From SAR324 cluster bacterium (GTDB lineage Bacteria > SAR324 > NAC60-12): 64,000 nucleotides of DNA. The stretch is taken from assembly GCA_014382365.1 (NCBI GenBank), contig JACNJW010000035.1, forward strand, positions 1,165 through 65,164, read 5' to 3'. The notes beneath the pieces were generated by a model. That model saw only the letters and a list, made by a program, of their open reading frames with translations. It was not told the origin of the DNA and searched no databases. Shown here piece after piece: positions 29,726 through 38,673 of the stretch. The translations under genes were made by a program, and so were the position numbers. Numbering within the stretch: position 1 is the first letter of the stretch; every line of letters starts with the position of its first letter.

Positions 29726-30787
29726 TTGCAAACAAGTGAACAAAAGTCCCACGGTAAAAATATAAAAACTGGGATCCTGCTGATAAATCTTGGTACACCT
29801 GATGCGCCACGGACACGTGAAGTACGTGCATATTTGAAAGAATTCTTTGCCAGTCGGCGGATTCTGGACATTAACCCTGTCTGGCGTTGGTTCTTGGTAA
29901 ACTTGCTGATACTACCTTTTCGCCCCAGACTCTCTGCAAAAGCCTATCAACAAATCTGGCTGGAAGATGGTTCTCCGTTTTTAGTCCATAGTCTGCAGTT
30001 GAAAAATTCACTGACTGAACAATTTGCTGCAGAAAATATTCCTGTTGAACTGGGAATGCAGTGTGGAAATCCCAGTTTGAAAAGTTCCCTGGAAAGGCTG
30101 AGAAGACTTGAATGTAACAATATTATCGTGCTACCACTTTATCCACAGTATGCCTCCAGTACATATGGTTCTGCAATAGAAGAGCTCTACAAAGAAATTA
30201 TAAATGACTGGAATATACCGTTTCTGCAAATCATTCCTCCTTTTTATTCTGATCCACGTTTTATTACTGCCTGGACAAAAGTGGGTTCAGCTTATCTTGA
30301 AAATGAACCGGACCATGTTTTGTTCAGTTTTCATAGTCTTCCGCTACGGCATTTACAGAAGAGTCACAGCAGTAAAACTTTCTGTAAGAATGAAAATGGC
30401 TGCTGTCTGGAATTAGTAAATGAGAACCGCAACTGTTATAGTGCTCAATGCTATCAGACAGCAAAATTAATTGCAGAAAATTTGAACTTGGAAGAAAATA
30501 AGTGGTCAGTGAGTTTTCAGTCCCGATTAGGACGAACGGAATGGATCAAACCATACACGGAAACACATCTCAGACAGCTTGCAGAACGAGGGGTCAAGAA
30601 AGCCTTGGTATTTTGTCCGTCATTTGTGACAGACAATCTGGAAACGCTTGAGGAAATTGGGATTCGGGCAGCGGTACATTTTCGTCAGTACGGAGGAGAA
30701 GAGCTTAAACTTGTACCATCTTTGAATAATAACCCGGAATGGGTTGAGGCTCTGAGCTCAATTATCAGGCAAAAATTAGCCTGCTGA
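29726..30787 (+). CDS. hemH: Ferrochelatase
   Basis: ILLINLGTPDAP N-terminal signature. Apparent TTG start. Confidence 0.8.
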   Translation: MQTSEQKSHGKNIKTGILLINLGTPDAPRTREVRAYLKEFFASRRILDINPVWRWFLVNLLILPFRPRLSAKAYQQIWLEDGSPFLVHSLQLKNSLTEQFAAENIPVELGMQCGNPSLKSSLERLRRLECNNIIVLPLYPQYASSTYGSAIEELYKEIINDWNIPFLQIIPPFYSDPRFITAWTKVGSAYLENEPDHVLFSFHSLPLRHLQKSHSSKTFCKNENGCCLELVNENRNCYSAQCYQTAKLIAENLNLEENKWSVSFQSRLGRTEWIKPYTETHLRQLAERGVKKALVFCPSFVTDNLETLEEIGIRAAVHFRQYGGEELKLVPSLNNNPEWVEALSSIIRQKLAC

Positions 30788-30799
30788 TTTTACAAGTAT

Positions 30800-31786
30800 T
30801 TATTTTTTCCAAAGTAAATATACTTTGGCACTCATGCCTGCCCTCAATTTGTGATCCTTGTTGTCTGCTTTGACAAATATCGGGAAGCGTCCTGTTTCCG
30901 GATCTGCGGACCATGAAATTCGTTCTATTGTTCCAGAAAATTTGGTGTTCTGATAACCTGGTGTAGTAAAGACAACTGACTGCCCCTCACTTATATTAGG
31001 TAGATCTTCTTCTCCCACCTGTATTCCAATTTCCACCTGAGTGATGTCTATAATTTGAAAAAGAACTGCGCCTGGAGTGATCACTTCTCCCTCTTCAAAA
31101 AATTTTGCAGTAATAATTCCTGTAATTTTTGCTTTGATTTGAGTGTCTCCCAGAGTTTCCTCACGAAGTGCAACATCATGTTTAGAACGCTCCACCGCTA
31201 AACGAGCATTTTCCACTCCCAACTGAGCACGCTTAACTTCCTGCTCCGTTCGCTTTAAACCAAGTATAACGTTTTTTAGTGCCAATTCTCCTCGATTGTA
31301 CTGTAACTGCAATGACTCTAATTGTGAACGGGTAGAGGAACCTTGATTAAATAAAGTTTTTTCATCTAACAACCTGCGTTGAATGTCCTTCAAATTTGTT
31401 TCCAAATCTTTGACATTATTAACACTGACTGCAATTTGTACTTTTGCCAAATTGAGTTGTACTTCACGATCAGCCACACTATTTTCATTAACTTTGTGCT
31501 GCAATCGGGTTAATTCCAGTTGCCGTTTCTGTGTTTCATGATGGAGTGTGAGCAGCAACTGATCTTTGGCAACAGTTTGATTCTCTTTTACATGAATAGC
31601 CGTAACTCTTCCGCCAACACTGGCCTGAACTTTCAGGGTTTCTGCTGCCTGAATTATGCCGGAAAGAGAAATTGGATTCTGCACGTAATCTGCAGCTTTT
31701 GTTTCCAGTGAAGTTGCTGACGTTGACAAAGGTAAAACTAAAACTAGCGCTAATGAATTACAGAAAATTTTTAGACGAATAAACAT
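30800..31786 (-). CDS. Efflux/secretion periplasmic adaptor (HlyD/MFP family) with signal peptide
   Basis: 328 aa. Biotinyl-lipoyl-like hairpin, coiled-coil, beta-barrel pattern. Downstream of TolC on the same strand. Confidence 0.65.
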   Translation of the reverse strand: MFIRLKIFCNSLALVLVLPLSTSATSLETKAADYVQNPISLSGIIQAAETLKVQASVGGRVTAIHVKENQTVAKDQLLLTLHHETQKRQLELTRLQHKVNENSVADREVQLNLAKVQIAVSVNNVKDLETNLKDIQRRLLDEKTLFNQGSSTRSQLESLQLQYNRGELALKNVILGLKRTEQEVKRAQLGVENARLAVERSKHDVALREETLGDTQIKAKITGIITAKFFEEGEVITPGAVLFQIIDITQVEIGIQVGEEDLPNISEGQSVVFTTPGYQNTKFSGTIERISWSADPETGRFPIFVKADNKDHKLRAGMSAKVYLLWKK

Positions 31787-31823
31787 ATAACTCCTCTTTT
31801 AAAAATGTGAAAAATATTATTTT

Positions 31824-33398
31824 TTAATTCAACTCGTACTGCTCATAAAATCCTCCAGCCAAAGCCAGTAATTCTACTCGGACTTTCTCTTGACGAATCC
31901 GGATAAGGATTAGCTGCTGTTGTGCTTCCACCACATCCTGTTGATACTGTGAAATTCGATAGCTGGTACTTTTACCTAACTTGAAGCGCTCAATTTCATT
32001 ACGTAACTGATCTTGAGAAAGCAGACTCACTGCTGATGCAGTTGTTTGTTCCTTCTCAATCAAACTCAATGTACGTAATAAAGATTGTAAGTTGACATCC
32101 AACTGAGATTTACGATCCTCTATCTGCAGAATTAGCTGTTGCTGCTCCAGACGTTTGCGCTGGATGTTTTCACTGGTAGCCTGATCTCCCAATGGAACGT
32201 TCCAGGTCAGTGTTGCACTCAAACCATGAAGTTTGCTTTTAGCAAAATCGGCTGTTCCACCAAAAGCACTTTTGCTGTAACCATTTAAGATATAGGACAA
32301 GTTCAAGTCCAGGTTAGTCTTTTGTTTGTTAAATTCCTGTTCCAACTGCTGCCGATTTTGCTCCAATGTAGCTTTTGTCAATCCAATTTGGGAATCGTGC
32401 TGATAGATTTTTTCCAACAGCTCTGTAACATTCTCCGGAACGACAGACTTAGCTCCCGGCTTATCTACTGGAAAAAGACCAACAGGTAAGTTTTTCAAAT
32501 TAAGTGCTGCACGAACCTGATCTTCGACGCGCAGAGCGTCTAATCTTGACGAAAGCAGGCCCTGACGATTCCGCATCAATTGAGTTTCAGTAACCCTGAC
32601 TTCAGTTGAACTCAACATACCTGCCTCAAGTTTTGCCTGATTGTCACGTAATAATTTTTCTGACAAATCTACTGCTTTCTTTTTAACCTCAATAGTTTCT
32701 AATATTCCAACTAAATCCCAATATATTGATGCAACTTGCTTAAGCAGAGACAATTCCGTTTGACTGGTATTCAGCCTTCCTCTGGTCAGACCAATTTCCG
32801 CCAACCGGACTGGTATTTCGTTAAATTCTGTACCCCAATCCTGAAAAATTGGTATCGAAATGCTGCTGGTTAAGCTAACCGTGTTCAGTACATCTCCAGT
32901 AGTTCCAGCAGTAACATCACCACCTAGTTCCGCCTGCGAAAGAGTTGTTGATTTTTTGCTTTTTTCAGAATAAGTCAGGCCATAAGTCAAACCGCTGTCA
33001 GTACGCTGACTGTATGCAGAAGAAAAAGATATGCTGTTGGTACTGCTTCCGCAAAGTTCTGCGGGAGAACAACTTGAAGAGGCGGTTAGAGCTGGGGTAT
33101 TGGAGTAAGCAAAACTCGTTGTAATGCTGGGAGTGTTTCTTTCTTCTGCCGCATTCACGGCACGTTGTGCTGCATCGTTACCAAGTTTTGAGACCTTCAG
33201 CAAAATGCTCCTGTCAATTGCCAGCTGCAATACTAGTTTAAGCGGGACTTCCGCCATTTCGCGGCCGTCCACTGTTATCAAGTTAACCTGTTTCAACAGC
33301 TGGGCAGTTGCAGTCTGTGCATGAACTGGAGCTGTACCTGCAAAGACAAACAACAATAGAAAAAACATTTGTATTTTTATTAATTTTTTCAAATACAT
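31824..33398 (-). CDS. tolC: TolC-family outer membrane channel
   Basis: 524 aa. Signal peptide, two coiled-coil/beta repeat halves typical of outer-membrane efflux proteins. Confidence 0.7.
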   Translation of the reverse strand: MYLKKLIKIQMFFLLLFVFAGTAPVHAQTATAQLLKQVNLITVDGREMAEVPLKLVLQLAIDRSILLKVSKLGNDAAQRAVNAAEERNTPSITTSFAYSNTPALTASSSCSPAELCGSSTNSISFSSAYSQRTDSGLTYGLTYSEKSKKSTTLSQAELGGDVTAGTTGDVLNTVSLTSSISIPIFQDWGTEFNEIPVRLAEIGLTRGRLNTSQTELSLLKQVASIYWDLVGILETIEVKKKAVDLSEKLLRDNQAKLEAGMLSSTEVRVTETQLMRNRQGLLSSRLDALRVEDQVRAALNLKNLPVGLFPVDKPGAKSVVPENVTELLEKIYQHDSQIGLTKATLEQNRQQLEQEFNKQKTNLDLNLSYILNGYSKSAFGGTADFAKSKLHGLSATLTWNVPLGDQATSENIQRKRLEQQQLILQIEDRKSQLDVNLQSLLRTLSLIEKEQTTASAVSLLSQDQLRNEIERFKLGKSTSYRISQYQQDVVEAQQQLILIRIRQEKVRVELLALAGGFYEQYELN

Positions 33399-33715
33399 CC
33401 TTTGCTGTAAGAGAAATACGAAACTGTTTTGTTTAACATTTCAGTTTCAAGTTAAATCCAGTTTAGCTCAAGTTTAAGCAGAAATCATTTCTGCAGTGTA
33501 ACGAATTGTATCCACTGAAGCTACTTTACACTTCAGTTTCACACAATCATAAGGAGCGCTTTATTCTGCATTTTTATTGATTTAATTACAAGTTTTATGC
33601 TATTTCTAGCATTACTTATTTTGTAAATATAAACCTCAGTGCTGAGTCATAAATGCAAAATTATAGCACATCATATCTTAACAATAGTTTTGCTTCACAC
33701 ATTATGAGTTAAATC

Positions 33716-34120
33716 ATGGCCGACAAAACAACTTTATCTGAAGAAGACTGGCAAGAGCGGTTAACTCCGGAACAATTTGAAATCTGTAGAAAAAAAGGTA
33801 CTGAAAGACCATTCAGTGGAGATTATGTTGAGACAAAAAACAAAGGCACATACCATTGTTCCTGTTGCGGAAATGAATTATTTAAATCTGAAGAAAAATT
33901 TGATTCTGGTTCCGGCTGGCCCAGTTTTTGGGATTCAATAGGTGAAGACAAGGTACGAACACAGGAGGATCATAGTTTGTTCAGGCAGAGGACGGAAGTA
34001 CTTTGCAGTCAGTGTGACGCACATTTAGGCCACGTTTTTGAGGATGGCCCACTGCCGACAGGTTTACGCTATTGCATAAATTCTGTTTCACTCGTTTTTG
34101 AGGAAGACAAGGAATCTTGA
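33716..34120 (+). CDS. msrB: Peptide-methionine (R)-S-oxide reductase
   Basis: 134 aa. Two CxxC zinc motifs and GWPSF catalytic motif. Confidence 0.85.
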   Translation: MADKTTLSEEDWQERLTPEQFEICRKKGTERPFSGDYVETKNKGTYHCSCCGNELFKSEEKFDSGSGWPSFWDSIGEDKVRTQEDHSLFRQRTEVLCSQCDAHLGHVFEDGPLPTGLRYCINSVSLVFEEDKES

Positions 34121-34188
34121 TCTGGCGCCCTTTTCCTGTCAGAATAAGAAGATCGACTTAACTATTCTAAATTACAATTTGAAGCAAA

Positions 34189-34733
34189 TGAAAATCTGTT
34201 CCGATGTGGATGGAGTAATCCTGGATTACATTCAGGGATTTATTGATTTCACAAAAAGAGAAAATATCCCCTACACACACAATCCAGAACTTTATGGTGT
34301 CATCCGGAATTTTCCCGACAACTTTCAGGTCAGGGATCAATTTCATGCAGGAGATTCATTGTGCCGTTTAAACTTTATTACCGGCTCACTCGAAACATTG
34401 AATTTACTGGCCAGTGTGCATGAATTACATCTCGTTACTGCTTTGGAACCTGAACAGTCTCTAAAACGTGCTGAGAATTTAAAAACTCTTAACTATGACT
34501 CTTTACAGTGTGTTGGTGATCAACGCAAAGAACAAATTATAGTCGAAGAGCTTCAGCCGGATGTAATGATTGAAGATCGTCCGGAGTTGATCGAAGCATT
34601 TCATCTTGCTGGGCTAAAAGTAATTTTTCCCGACTGGCATCCCTACACAAAAGGAATGGAGCGTTTTGCAACTCCTTTTTCCTGCTGGGAGGAAGTTCCG
34701 GATTTGCTCAAACAAGCTGTTCATCCAAATTAA
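34189..34733 (+). CDS. HAD-superfamily 5'(3')-deoxyribonucleotidase (NT5C-like)
   Basis: Motif I DVDGVILDY as in the NT5C family DxDGVxxDF. Start taken at the internal ATG because the track ORF start overlaps msrB. Confidence 0.5.
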
Positions 34734-34769
34734 TATTATAATTATTTTTCTTCAACTGAAAGTTAGTTC

Positions 34770-35426
34770 ATGTCACATATTTATTCAATATATTTTGCAG
34801 GTGATTTGTTTAACCACAAGGATCTGGTCGGCAACCTGCTGCTCTCTGAGGCTATCGAAAAAGAGTCAGCTGGACGCTATGTCTGTGTTGTACCTCAACA
34901 TCTTGAACAAAGCACCAGTCGTTCTGTTGATATCCGCAACAATGATTTAAGTGAAGTTGTTAAAGCAGACTTAATCCTTGTCAATTTTGATGGTACCGAG
35001 CTCGATTCAGGAACAGTAATCGAATTTTTGTTTGCCAAAGCACTCGACATACCCGCTGTTATTTTGCGTTCTGATTTCCGCTCAGCAGGTGACCAGGAAC
35101 GTGGTGACCCTTGGAATTTGATGTGCTCCGGCTATCCACGCACGCGCACAGTAACTTTGAATGCCATGACCTGGTATCAGGAAGCCTGGAACGAAGGTGG
35201 TGGCACCTCTGCTGTGCTTGCACGTTTCTACCAGAAATTATCAAAAACCATCAATGCTGAATTTGAGCTCGTACTCAAAGAAAACTCTCTGATTGACAGT
35301 GAACAAATGCTGCAGAATGTCTATGAGTGGGCTTTGCGTTTTCCTGGAAATGGTTTCTCTGATTTGTTTAGTGAAGAAGAACTCAGGACCTTGCTTGAGA
35401 ATAAAAAAAATAAAAACTCAGTCTAA
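34770..35426 (+). CDS. Nucleoside 2-deoxyribosyltransferase-like (NDT/LOG-like Rossmann) protein
   Basis: 218 aa. IYFAGDLF N-terminal motif and DGTELDSGTVIEF catalytic-Glu region typical of the NDT family. Confidence 0.5.
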   Translation: MSHIYSIYFAGDLFNHKDLVGNLLLSEAIEKESAGRYVCVVPQHLEQSTSRSVDIRNNDLSEVVKADLILVNFDGTELDSGTVIEFLFAKALDIPAVILRSDFRSAGDQERGDPWNLMCSGYPRTRTVTLNAMTWYQEAWNEGGGTSAVLARFYQKLSKTINAEFELVLKENSLIDSEQMLQNVYEWALRFPGNGFSDLFSEEELRTLLENKKNKNSV

Positions 35427-35445
35427 TTTAACTAATAAGTTTTAA

Positions 35446-36879
35446 ATGCAATTTGAGCCTGTCATCGGTTTGGAGATTCATGTCCAGTTGGCAACTGCAT
35501 CCAAAATATTTTGCAGTTGTTCCACAGAGTTTGGTAAACCTCCAAATTCAAATACTTGTCCGGTTTGTCTGGGGTTACCTGGAGCACTGCCCGTACTGAA
35601 CCGCAGGGTTCCAGAATTTGCAGCACAACTTGGACTTGCTTTGAACTGTGAAATCCGGTTGGATTCGCAATTTGCACGTAAAAACTATTTCTATCCCGAC
35701 TTGCCAAAAGCCTATCAGGTTTCGCAATTTGACCGGCCAATTTGTGAAAATGGCTGGCTGGAAATTGAAACAGAATCCAGAGGTAAAAGTCGAATCGGTA
35801 TCACTCGAATACACATGGAAGAAGATGCAGGAAAACTGGTTCATGCAGAAGGTAGTGATGAAAGTTTGGTTGATTTAAATCGTGCTGGTGTACCTTTACT
35901 GGAAATAGTAAGTGAACCGGATGTCCGATCTGCAGAAGAAGCCAAAGCCTACATGGAGAAAATCCATGCAATTGTCACTGCAATCGGTGTTTCTGATGGT
36001 GATATGGAAAAGGGGCACTTGCGTTGTGATGCCAATGTTTCATTGCGTCCGCATGGACAAAAAGAATTTGGAACCCGGACAGAAACTAAAAACCTGAATT
36101 CTTTTCGCTTTGTGCAACAGGCAGTAGTATACGAAATAGAAAGACAGCGCGAAGAAATTCTGGATGGCAAAACAATTGTACAGGAAACCAGGCTCTGGGA
36201 CACCGACCGTAAAATCACTTTCAGTATGCGTTCCAAAGAAGAAGCCGATGAATACCGCTATTTTCCTGATCCGGATTTGCCTATAGTAGAGCTTTCTGCA
36301 GAACTAGTGGAAACTTTTCGGAAAAATCTTCCGGAACTTCCTGAAGCAAAACAGCAGCGTTTTATGGCAGAACTCGGCTTAAACAATTATGATGCAAAAG
36401 TACTTTCTGCAGGACGTGAAATGTCAGAGTATTTTGAAAAAGTACTGACTCATGGTGCAGCACCAAAACTTGCCTGTAACTGGATAATTGGTGATTTGAC
36501 TCGTGTCATGAATGAATCCGGAAAATCACTCAGTGAAATCGGCCTTCTTCCGGAGCATTTGGCAGACTTGACTAAACTTATTGAAAAAGGTGAGATCAGC
36601 AGCAAAATTGCAAAAACCATCTTTGAGGAAATGCTTGTCTCGGCAAAAACTCCTGCACTGATTGTTGAAGAAAAAGGCTTGAAACAAGTTTCAGATGAGG
36701 CAGAGCTTGGCAGAATTGTTGATGAACTGCTTGTTGCAAACCAGCAGCAGGTAGAGCAGTATCGGACTGGAAAAACACAATTGCTGGGTTTCTTTGTAGG
36801 ACAGATGATGAAACAAACTCGAGGAAAAGGTAACCCTGCTGTAATTAACCGGCTGTTGAAGGAGAAACTTGATGTTTAG
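35446..36879 (+). CDS. gatB: Asp-tRNA(Asn)/Glu-tRNA(Gln) amidotransferase subunit B
   Basis: [16 protein letters not shown]-terminus and full-length GatB conservation. Confidence 0.9.
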   Translation: MQFEPVIGLEIHVQLATASKIFCSCSTEFGKPPNSNTCPVCLGLPGALPVLNRRVPEFAAQLGLALNCEIRLDSQFARKNYFYPDLPKAYQVSQFDRPICENGWLEIETESRGKSRIGITRIHMEEDAGKLVHAEGSDESLVDLNRAGVPLLEIVSEPDVRSAEEAKAYMEKIHAIVTAIGVSDGDMEKGHLRCDANVSLRPHGQKEFGTRTETKNLNSFRFVQQAVVYEIERQREEILDGKTIVQETRLWDTDRKITFSMRSKEEADEYRYFPDPDLPIVELSAELVETFRKNLPELPEAKQQRFMAELGLNNYDAKVLSAGREMSEYFEKVLTHGAAPKLACNWIIGDLTRVMNESGKSLSEIGLLPEHLADLTKLIEKGEISSKIAKTIFEEMLVSAKTPALIVEEKGLKQVSDEAELGRIVDELLVANQQQVEQYRTGKTQLLGFFVGQMMKQTRGKGNPAVINRLLKEKLDV

Positions 36880-37570
36880 CCTGAAAAAAACAATTTTATT
36901 TTTAGAATGGACATCAATTTTAGGACTGCTGGTCTGTGGACTGTGGGTATTTTTAAAGCTACCAATGGAAACCAGTCAGGGATTTCCACAAAAAATTATG
37001 TATCTGCATGTGCCTTCAGTGATTACGACATATCTGGCATTTTTTGTTGTCTTTGTTTACAGCATCGCCTATCTTTGGAAACGAGAGTTGATGTTTGATC
37101 AGATGGCAAAAGCCTCTGCAGAGGTTGGTTTGGTTTTTTGTGCACTTGTTCTGGTAACAGGTGCAATCTGGGGACGGCCGACCTGGGGAACCTACTGGGT
37201 TTGGGATGCACGCCTGACCACAACTCTGCTCTTGTTTTTAATTTTTATGGGCTACTTCCTGTTACGGATGTCGGTTAATGATCGAGATAAAGAAGCCCGT
37301 CTGGCTGCAGTTTTAGGTATTATCGGTTTTTTAGATATTCCCATAATTCACAAATCAGTTGAATGGTGGCGGACCTTGCACCAGCCCTCAACTCTATTTA
37401 AGACCGATTCTGGAGAAGCAAAACCGTCGATGCCTCCGGAATTGTTATATCCGCTTCTGGCATCAATATTAATTATGTTGGCTTTTTATCTCTACTTACT
37501 GCTCATGCGTTTTGAGGCAGAAAAACGCCAGGATGAACTGAATCAACTACTTGCTGAAACACAGGATTAA
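36872..37570 (+). CDS. ccmC: Heme exporter protein C (cytochrome c maturation system I)
   Basis: WWD domain ([12 protein letters not shown]). GGAG SD 7 nt upstream of the ATG. Overlaps the gatB stop. Confidence 0.8.
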   Translation: MFSLKKTILFLEWTSILGLLVCGLWVFLKLPMETSQGFPQKIMYLHVPSVITTYLAFFVVFVYSIAYLWKRELMFDQMAKASAEVGLVFCALVLVTGAIWGRPTWGTYWVWDARLTTTLLLFLIFMGYFLLRMSVNDRDKEARLAAVLGIIGFLDIPIIHKSVEWWRTLHQPSTLFKTDSGEAKPSMPPELLYPLLASILIMLAFYLYLLLMRFEAEKRQDELNQLLAETQD

Positions 37571-37735
37571 ATGCTAATAGGTTTAGAATACGTTATAGCT
37601 GCATATGTAATTTGGCTCAGCACATTTGTAATTTATATATTATTGACAAAACGGCGGTTGAAAATCGTAAACTCATCCGTAGCTGCATTGCAGGAAAGAA
37701 AATCAAAAATTGATGATAACTCTGTAAATGTATAG
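37571..37735 (+). CDS. ccmD: Heme exporter protein D (small single-TM protein)
   Basis: 54-aa ORF not in the track: MLIGLEYVIAAYVIWLSTFVIYILLTKRRLK... It starts 1 nt after the ccmC stop. Size, position and TM fit CcmD. Confidence 0.5.
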   Translation: MLIGLEYVIAAYVIWLSTFVIYILLTKRRLKIVNSSVAALQERKSKIDDNSVNV

Positions 37736-37753
37736 CCAAAAGCTTCAAAAACT

Positions 37754-38176
37754 ATGAGACATAAAATATCTTCTGCAGATAGAAATTTTTTAGCTGCTTT
37801 TGAATCCTGTGAACTTAGTACAGCAAATTTTCACCATCGTGAACACCTTCGTTTAGCTTACATTCTGCTGGTTCAACTTAGCTTAAATGATGCACAAAGC
37901 AAATTGAAAAAAGATCTGCTCCAATTCTTAGAATTTAATGGAATTAACAACACAAAATATCACGAAACACTTACCTGGGCCTGGCTCCTCGCTGTCAGGC
38001 ATTTTATGTGTAAATCCGAGCCAATGCAGGATTCAGAGTTGTTCATGAAGGACAATCAGATTTTGCTGGACAAAGAAATTATGTATACACACTACACCCA
38101 CAAACTGATAAACTCGGAGCTGGCACGAAAAACTGTGCTTGAAGCAGATCTGGAGCCAATCCCACTTTATGAGTGA
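37754..38176 (+). CDS. Hypothetical protein inserted between ccmD and ccmE
   Basis: 140-aa ORF, no recognisable family. Confidence 0.35.
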   Translation: MRHKISSADRNFLAAFESCELSTANFHHREHLRLAYILLVQLSLNDAQSKLKKDLLQFLEFNGINNTKYHETLTWAWLLAVRHFMCKSEPMQDSELFMKDNQILLDKEIMYTHYTHKLINSELARKTVLEADLEPIPLYE

Positions 38177-38202
38177 AATACAAAATTATTAATAAGAAAA
38201 CA

Positions 38203-38640
38203 ATGAAAACACGAACAAAATTCGTAATAGGAGGAGCAGTAATTATTGCAGTAATTACTGCATTATCGATCCAGAGTTTACAGGAAATGACGGTTTTCTT
38301 TTATACTCCTCAAGAAGTTCTGGCCAGTCCAAATGAGTTTGAAAACAAAACAATCCGCATTGGTGCACTTGTACAAAAGAGCAGTGTAGAATGGGATGCG
38401 CAAGCTATTAAACTTTCATTCAACATAACGGAAGACGGCAAAAAATTTATTCCAGTTATCTATGCCGGAGTTAAACCTGATTTGTTCCGTGAAGGACAGG
38501 GTGTTGTTGTTGAGGGGAAAATGCAGGGACAACATTTTGAAGCTCGACAATTGCTGGTCAAACACAGTGAAGAATATTCAGTTGAAACTGAACATCAGAA
38601 AACAAAAGAAGAATATTACAAATCGATTCAGACAAATTAA
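38203..38640 (+). CDS. ccmE: Cytochrome c-type biogenesis heme chaperone
   Basis: N-terminal TM, OB-fold region, heme-binding His in LLVKHSEEY. The internal ATG is preferred over the GTG at 38173. Confidence 0.75.
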   Translation: MKTRTKFVIGGAVIIAVITALSIQSLQEMTVFFYTPQEVLASPNEFENKTIRIGALVQKSSVEWDAQAIKLSFNITEDGKKFIPVIYAGVKPDLFREGQGVVVEGKMQGQHFEARQLLVKHSEEYSVETEHQKTKEEYYKSIQTN

Positions 38641-38673
38641 CCCCAGGAATCGTGGAACATTAGACAGAAGTTA

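Noticed and set aside
34098-34188. Track start at 34098 for the HAD protein, overlapping the msrB 3' end
   Set aside because: The HAD motif I (DVDGV) follows the ATG at 34189. The upstream extension would overlap msrB by about 20 nt and adds no conserved sequence.
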